In this document: positions 60,526 to 64,000 of the stretch, in pieces
How the letters are laid out: each line of letters begins with the position of its first letter
Numbering within the stretch: the first letter of the stretch is position 1
DNA from: a virus
Virus record (IMG/VR): IMGVR_UViG_3300000228_000002
Coordinates: 32,001 to 96,000 of that record
Direction: 5' to 3' (one strand)
Length of the DNA stretch: 64,000 bases
The notes under the pieces: model-generated
What the model was told of the DNA's origin: nothing
Databases searched by the model: none
Seen by the model: only the letters and a program-made list of their open reading frames with translations
Translations under genes and position numbers: made by a program

Positions 60526-61038
60526 ATGCTAACTGTCTTTGCTGGCCCGATGTTTTCGGGCAAAACTACTGCTCTTATTGAACAATCCAGAAAGCTCACG
60601 GTGGATCACATTTGGAAACCAAGAAAGGATACACGTGATGAATCCTCTGTAGTTAGATCCCACGATGGTCAGGAGGTTCAAGCATCTATCTTGGACAGTA
60701 AACAACAAATACAACACTTGAATTCCGTACTGGTAGACGAATTTCAATTTCTACCCAGAGATTTGGCCTCAAGTATCATAGATTATTCACGTAATTCAGA
60801 TGTTTATGTGTCTATGCTGGATATGGACTTTCGTGGTGAGAAATTCGAGAACTTTAATCTCATTCTGGACAGTCACGTAGCAAAGAGACTGGAATACAAA
60901 CGTGCAAGATGTACTGTTTGTGACGGAGAGGCAATGTACTCCTTTAGAAAGGTGAAGTCTTCCGACTTAATCTTGTGTGGAGCAGGGGAATCATATGAGC
61001 CAAGGTGTTCTGACCACTTTTCAGTGCTACAGTTGTAG
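60526..61038 (+). CDS. tdk: Thymidine kinase (type II)
   Basis: GPMFSGKTT, KP..DTR, VDEFQF, LDMDFRGE.F, C..C, GAGESYEPRC. Confidence 0.95.
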   Translation: MLTVFAGPMFSGKTTALIEQSRKLTVDHIWKPRKDTRDESSVVRSHDGQEVQASILDSKQQIQHLNSVLVDEFQFLPRDLASSIIDYSRNSDVYVSMLDMDFRGEKFENFNLILDSHVAKRLEYKRARCTVCDGEAMYSFRKVKSSDLILCGAGESYEPRCSDHFSVLQL

Positions 61039-61522
61039 AGAACAATTTCCTTCCATACATCAGCACACCCACCACAAAATACCGCAGTCCTTGGGTGGTA
61101 AAGATACGCTTGAGAACTTGGTCAATCTTTGTCCACAGTGCCACGATCTACTACACAACATAGCCTACAAGCTCATTTCAAAGAAACAATCTGTCTCTTT
61201 TCTCGAAGACATGGTACTTATGATCTTGAAGGATCAGGGGTCAGTCAAGAGATGTATGGAGCTAGCCTTTCTCGTCCGTGATGAGATGATCATGCAAAAA
61301 GAAAAGGAGAGGGATCCGAACGACTTTGCAGATATTTACATAAGGATGAGACTCAAGCATAAGAAAAAGCTTCATGAGTGGGCTAAATCATCCAAAATAT
61401 CACTGGAAGATTTAACCAGGAATATATTGCTCAAGGCATTATCAGATAAATTCAACATCACAATAGATCACTCTGGCGAAGCTAAAGCGGTACGTCAAAA
61501 TAAAAAGAACGGAAATACCTAG
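60977..61522 (+). CDS. HNH domain fused to a ribbon-helix-helix-like domain
   Basis: C..C...HHKIP.S.GG.D..ENL..LC..CH; C-terminal IYIRMRLKHKKKLHEWAKSSKISLEDLTRNIL. Confidence 0.7.
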   Translation: MEQGNHMSQGVLTTFQCYSCREQFPSIHQHTHHKIPQSLGGKDTLENLVNLCPQCHDLLHNIAYKLISKKQSVSFLEDMVLMILKDQGSVKRCMELAFLVRDEMIMQKEKERDPNDFADIYIRMRLKHKKKLHEWAKSSKISLEDLTRNILLKALSDKFNITIDHSGEAKAVRQNKKNGNT

Positions 61523-61534
61523 TTCCGAATGGAA

Positions 61535-61618
61535 CAATATTATTAACAACCCTATTAATAATACTACGAGCAATACTGTTCACAATATTGTTCACAATAT
61601 TGTTCACAATCCTATTAT
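61535..61618. repeat. Degenerate 12-bp tandem array (7 units, core CAATAYTGTTCA)
   Basis: CAATATTATTAA/CAACCCTATTAA/TAATACTACGAG/CAATACTGTTCA/CAATATTGTTCA/CAATATTGTTCA/CAATCCTATTAT. Confidence 0.8.
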
Positions 61619-61701
61619 TGACAGCTTTATCAAGCTCATGTTCTGATTTTCTGGCTCTTGCAATTCAACAATTTATTAACCCTAATCAAGGAGAAGTCGA
61701 G

Positions 61702-63147
61702 ATGGGTGCTATTCAAGTGAACAAAGATGTTTCTGGTTTAAATCAAGTTAAAGCTACAAGCAGTGCAAGCTTTCAGCAGAATTTGGAGAGTTTCGTAGAG
61801 AGCCTCAATATTTCTGAGAAAGGGAAAGCAAGCTTTCGTCGTGAGGTGGTGAAGTTAGTTCTCACTATCCAAGACAAAATGGGAGCCACTGTCCTCCGTA
61901 CCATGATGAAGGACATTGAAGGACATGATTACCTAGAAGACTTTGTTTTCTGGAAGAAGCAATATCTTGACGTTTCTGCCTACGTTCAGAGAGTTCTGTG
62001 GAGAGAAGTAGTTTATTTCATTCAGAAAAAAGACTTTCAAGGGAACGATCCACAGACCAATAAGGACGTAATGTACTGTATCCGTTGGTTGGCAGATAAA
62101 GACATTCAAAAAATAGTTGAAATGAAGATCAACCACAATCTCAATGCTGCTCTCGATCTCAATGCTGACTCTTTCACTACGGGGAAGACCACACAAAGAG
62201 ACCTCTATGCCTATGTGAGATCAAAGGCTCAGACACTCAAGTATTTATCTAAATATGACTACGGTATAGAGCCTGAAGATTTCGTCCAGGAAGTAGTAGA
62301 GGAATTAATCAGAGTTAATAATATCTACAATAGATCGTCTGGTAAGAACCTTGATGAGTCAGTTAAGATCGACTCTGCAATTAAGGCCTACGTTGAGGTT
62401 GCACTTAATAATAAGATCAACCAAGTTAAAGACTATTGGTCTTCTGACTCTCGTAGACGTGTGACATCTACTCATGCCGCCGAGTACAGAAAGAGAGCCA
62501 ATCTAAGAAAAGCCCTTAAGAAAGAAGTTGATTTAGAAAAGATTGCAAAAATCAACAAGGAACTGGGAGAACTAGAAGAGTTCCTCAGGACTAAGAACCA
62601 TGACTACTACTCTGTAGTAACTCCACTTGTGAGAAATAACGAGTCTGAGGATCGTGAAGTTGATGCACAGGAAATCAACCCAAACATCATCATTCCAAAC
62701 ACCACAGATGAAGATATCTGGTCGAATGATCTTATTCTTGACCTTCCTCAACGTGTATCAAGGTGTGTATCAATCATCCTTGGAAATCACGATGACGAGT
62801 TCTATAATTGGATTAAAGACAATGGTATGAGTGCTGAGGTAGAGAAAGACCTTAATCGCTATTTCAAAGCAGCTATGGACTTCTGTGGGGTTGAGCGAGA
62901 TGAATTGCGTTCAAACCCTGTCATCATTCAGGCCCTAAGCACTGCACCTGCTACGAAAAAATCAGTGTATGTTAAGGGAGCTGATGTAATGGTGCAAAAC
63001 GTCCAGACTATGAAAATCCATCCTGCCAAACTGGAAGATGAAAGAGAAGATGGAACTATAATTTTCAAACTGACTGCAGTTAAAAGTTCTAGAGAGATTG
63101 ACTCTGCCTTCGATAAAAAGTGGAAGTTAATTAGCAGAATTAACTAA
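61702..63147 (+). CDS. Large protein with a divergent sigma-factor-like region
   Basis: AAGGAG RBS before ATG 61702. IEPEDFVQE...Y...ALNNKI resembles region 2 and LDLPQRVSRCV resembles the start of region 4. Confidence 0.45.
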   Translation: MGAIQVNKDVSGLNQVKATSSASFQQNLESFVESLNISEKGKASFRREVVKLVLTIQDKMGATVLRTMMKDIEGHDYLEDFVFWKKQYLDVSAYVQRVLWREVVYFIQKKDFQGNDPQTNKDVMYCIRWLADKDIQKIVEMKINHNLNAALDLNADSFTTGKTTQRDLYAYVRSKAQTLKYLSKYDYGIEPEDFVQEVVEELIRVNNIYNRSSGKNLDESVKIDSAIKAYVEVALNNKINQVKDYWSSDSRRRVTSTHAAEYRKRANLRKALKKEVDLEKIAKINKELGELEEFLRTKNHDYYSVVTPLVRNNESEDREVDAQEINPNIIIPNTTDEDIWSNDLILDLPQRVSRCVSIILGNHDDEFYNWIKDNGMSAEVEKDLNRYFKAAMDFCGVERDELRSNPVIIQALSTAPATKKSVYVKGADVMVQNVQTMKIHPAKLEDEREDGTIIFKLTAVKSSREIDSAFDKKWKLISRIN

Positions 63148-63659
63148 TGAGATATTGCGAGTGTGGTTCTGAAATTCCGTACAGAGCTATAATTGATGGC
63201 AAGTATAGAAACCTACGTAATCGTACTAGGTGCCTAACTTGCCTACCATTTCTGACTAGTCCTTATTCCGCCAATGAGGAAGAAAGACAGCAGAGGGCCT
63301 TACAGAAAGGTAGAGAGAAGCAGAAGCGTCACTATGATAAGATGAGGGATCAACTTGGTGAGGGTCCTGTCAAGATAAGACGTAGGGAATTTAAGGAGAA
63401 GTTGATAGCTCACTTTGGTGGAAAGTGTATAGGGTGTGGATACAATAAATGTTCAGAGGTACTCTGTTTTCATCATATAAATCCTGAAGAAAAAGAGTTC
63501 TCTCTTTCCAAACGAGAAATGGTCTATTCCTATGATAGGTTATTAGCTGAGGCAAATAAGTGTGTACTATTGTGTTCCAACTGCCATATGGAACTGCATG
63601 CAGGAGAAGAAGACATAAAAGAGATCGTAGAAAAGTGGGACTGTGGTGCAATTGGTTAG
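63147..63659 (+). CDS. Free-standing HNH homing endonuclease
   Basis: GGKC..CGY.KC...L.FHH.NP..K...E..KC.LLC.NCH.E.H. Confidence 0.88.
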   Translation: MRYCECGSEIPYRAIIDGKYRNLRNRTRCLTCLPFLTSPYSANEEERQQRALQKGREKQKRHYDKMRDQLGEGPVKIRRREFKEKLIAHFGGKCIGCGYNKCSEVLCFHHINPEEKEFSLSKREMVYSYDRLLAEANKCVLLCSNCHMELHAGEEDIKEIVEKWDCGAIG

Positions 63660-63714
63660 CGCGGGCCGCTCATAACGGCCGAGTTGGTGGGTTCGAGTCC
63701 CCCCGGTCCCACCA
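63637..63714 (+). tRNA. tRNA with CAT anticodon (Ile2 or elongator Met)
   Basis: GGGACTG/CGGTCCC-A-CCA; GGCCG-CTCATAA-CGGCC; TTCGAGT T loop. Confidence 0.85.
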
Positions 63715-63731
63715 TTATTAAGGAACAATAT

Positions 63732-63992
63732 ATGTTTGATTTTTTCAAAAATATCACGACTACCAAGATCACCAGAACTATCAATGGTAAGGAAGTCACT
63801 GGTGACGAAAACCCAGAGCTTTGGAAGAAGTTTGATATCACTATGGAGAAATTCAATGACACCATGACTTCTTTCGATGAGACCATGGAGGAACTCGGTA
63901 AAACTACCACCACCAGTTCCAGTTCCGAAGAGGTAGAACTTTATGGTACATCTAAGGAAGATGCACTTAGTAAAGCAAATGCTATTCCGTAA
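63732..63992 (+). CDS. Hypothetical protein
   Basis: AAGGA RBS before MFDFFKN... Confidence 0.55.
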   Translation: MFDFFKNITTTKITRTINGKEVTGDENPELWKKFDITMEKFNDTMTSFDETMEELGKTTTTSSSSEEVELYGTSKEDALSKANAIP

Positions 63993-64000
63993 ATGGGTTT

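Noticed and set aside
61535-61618. Short repeat arrays here, at 38985 and at 43012 as CRISPR arrays
   Set aside because: The units are 6-12 bp with no unique spacers, and there are no cas genes in the window.
61588-61701. N-terminal signal-like extension of the 519-aa ORF (MFTILFTILL...)
   Set aside because: It is an artefact of a TTG start inside the 12-bp array. The ATG at 61702 has a good RBS.
63637-63714. tRNA(CAT) as initiator tRNA-fMet
   Set aside because: It has a paired G1-C72 and lacks the three consecutive G-C pairs at the base of the anticodon stem.

Overview
This is a 64-kb segment of a large (jumbo-type) contractile-tailed dsDNA phage genome; the host cannot be identified from the window. 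The first 15 kb hold baseplate and tail-fibre genes, including two long tandem paralogues and baseplate J- and gp25-like proteins. From 15 to 37 kb, mostly minus-strand accessory and replication genes follow: two 2OG-Fe(II) oxygenases beside two paralogous 'MIHL' proteins, a ParB/GNAT/ART-like multidomain protein, a DnaX-like clamp loader, DEDDh exonucleases, an intein-containing DinG-like helicase, an RmlD-like enzyme and three atypical tRNA or tRNA-like genes. A ~750-bp structured non-coding block at 37.4-38.2 kb sits at the main strand switch. From 38 to 64 kb, mostly plus-strand genes encode a methyltransferase, two radical SAM enzymes, an RpoD-like sigma factor, SSB, RecA, SbcCD, RmlB, a tail assembly chaperone, primase, a collagen-like fibre, DnaN, thymidine kinase, HNH proteins and a tRNA(CAT). 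The most interesting signals are: (1) a coiled-coil protein gene followed directly by a closed ~180-nt structured RNA with 7-nt periodic UGU motifs, a candidate protein-RNA system; (2) a canonical GGGAAAG -1 frameshift site that would join the SSB to a Cys4 domain, plus a GGTATA array in the SSB leader that recurs in the large structured block; (3) a dispersed modification and glycosylation toolkit. All family calls come from motif recognition by eye; no searches were run.
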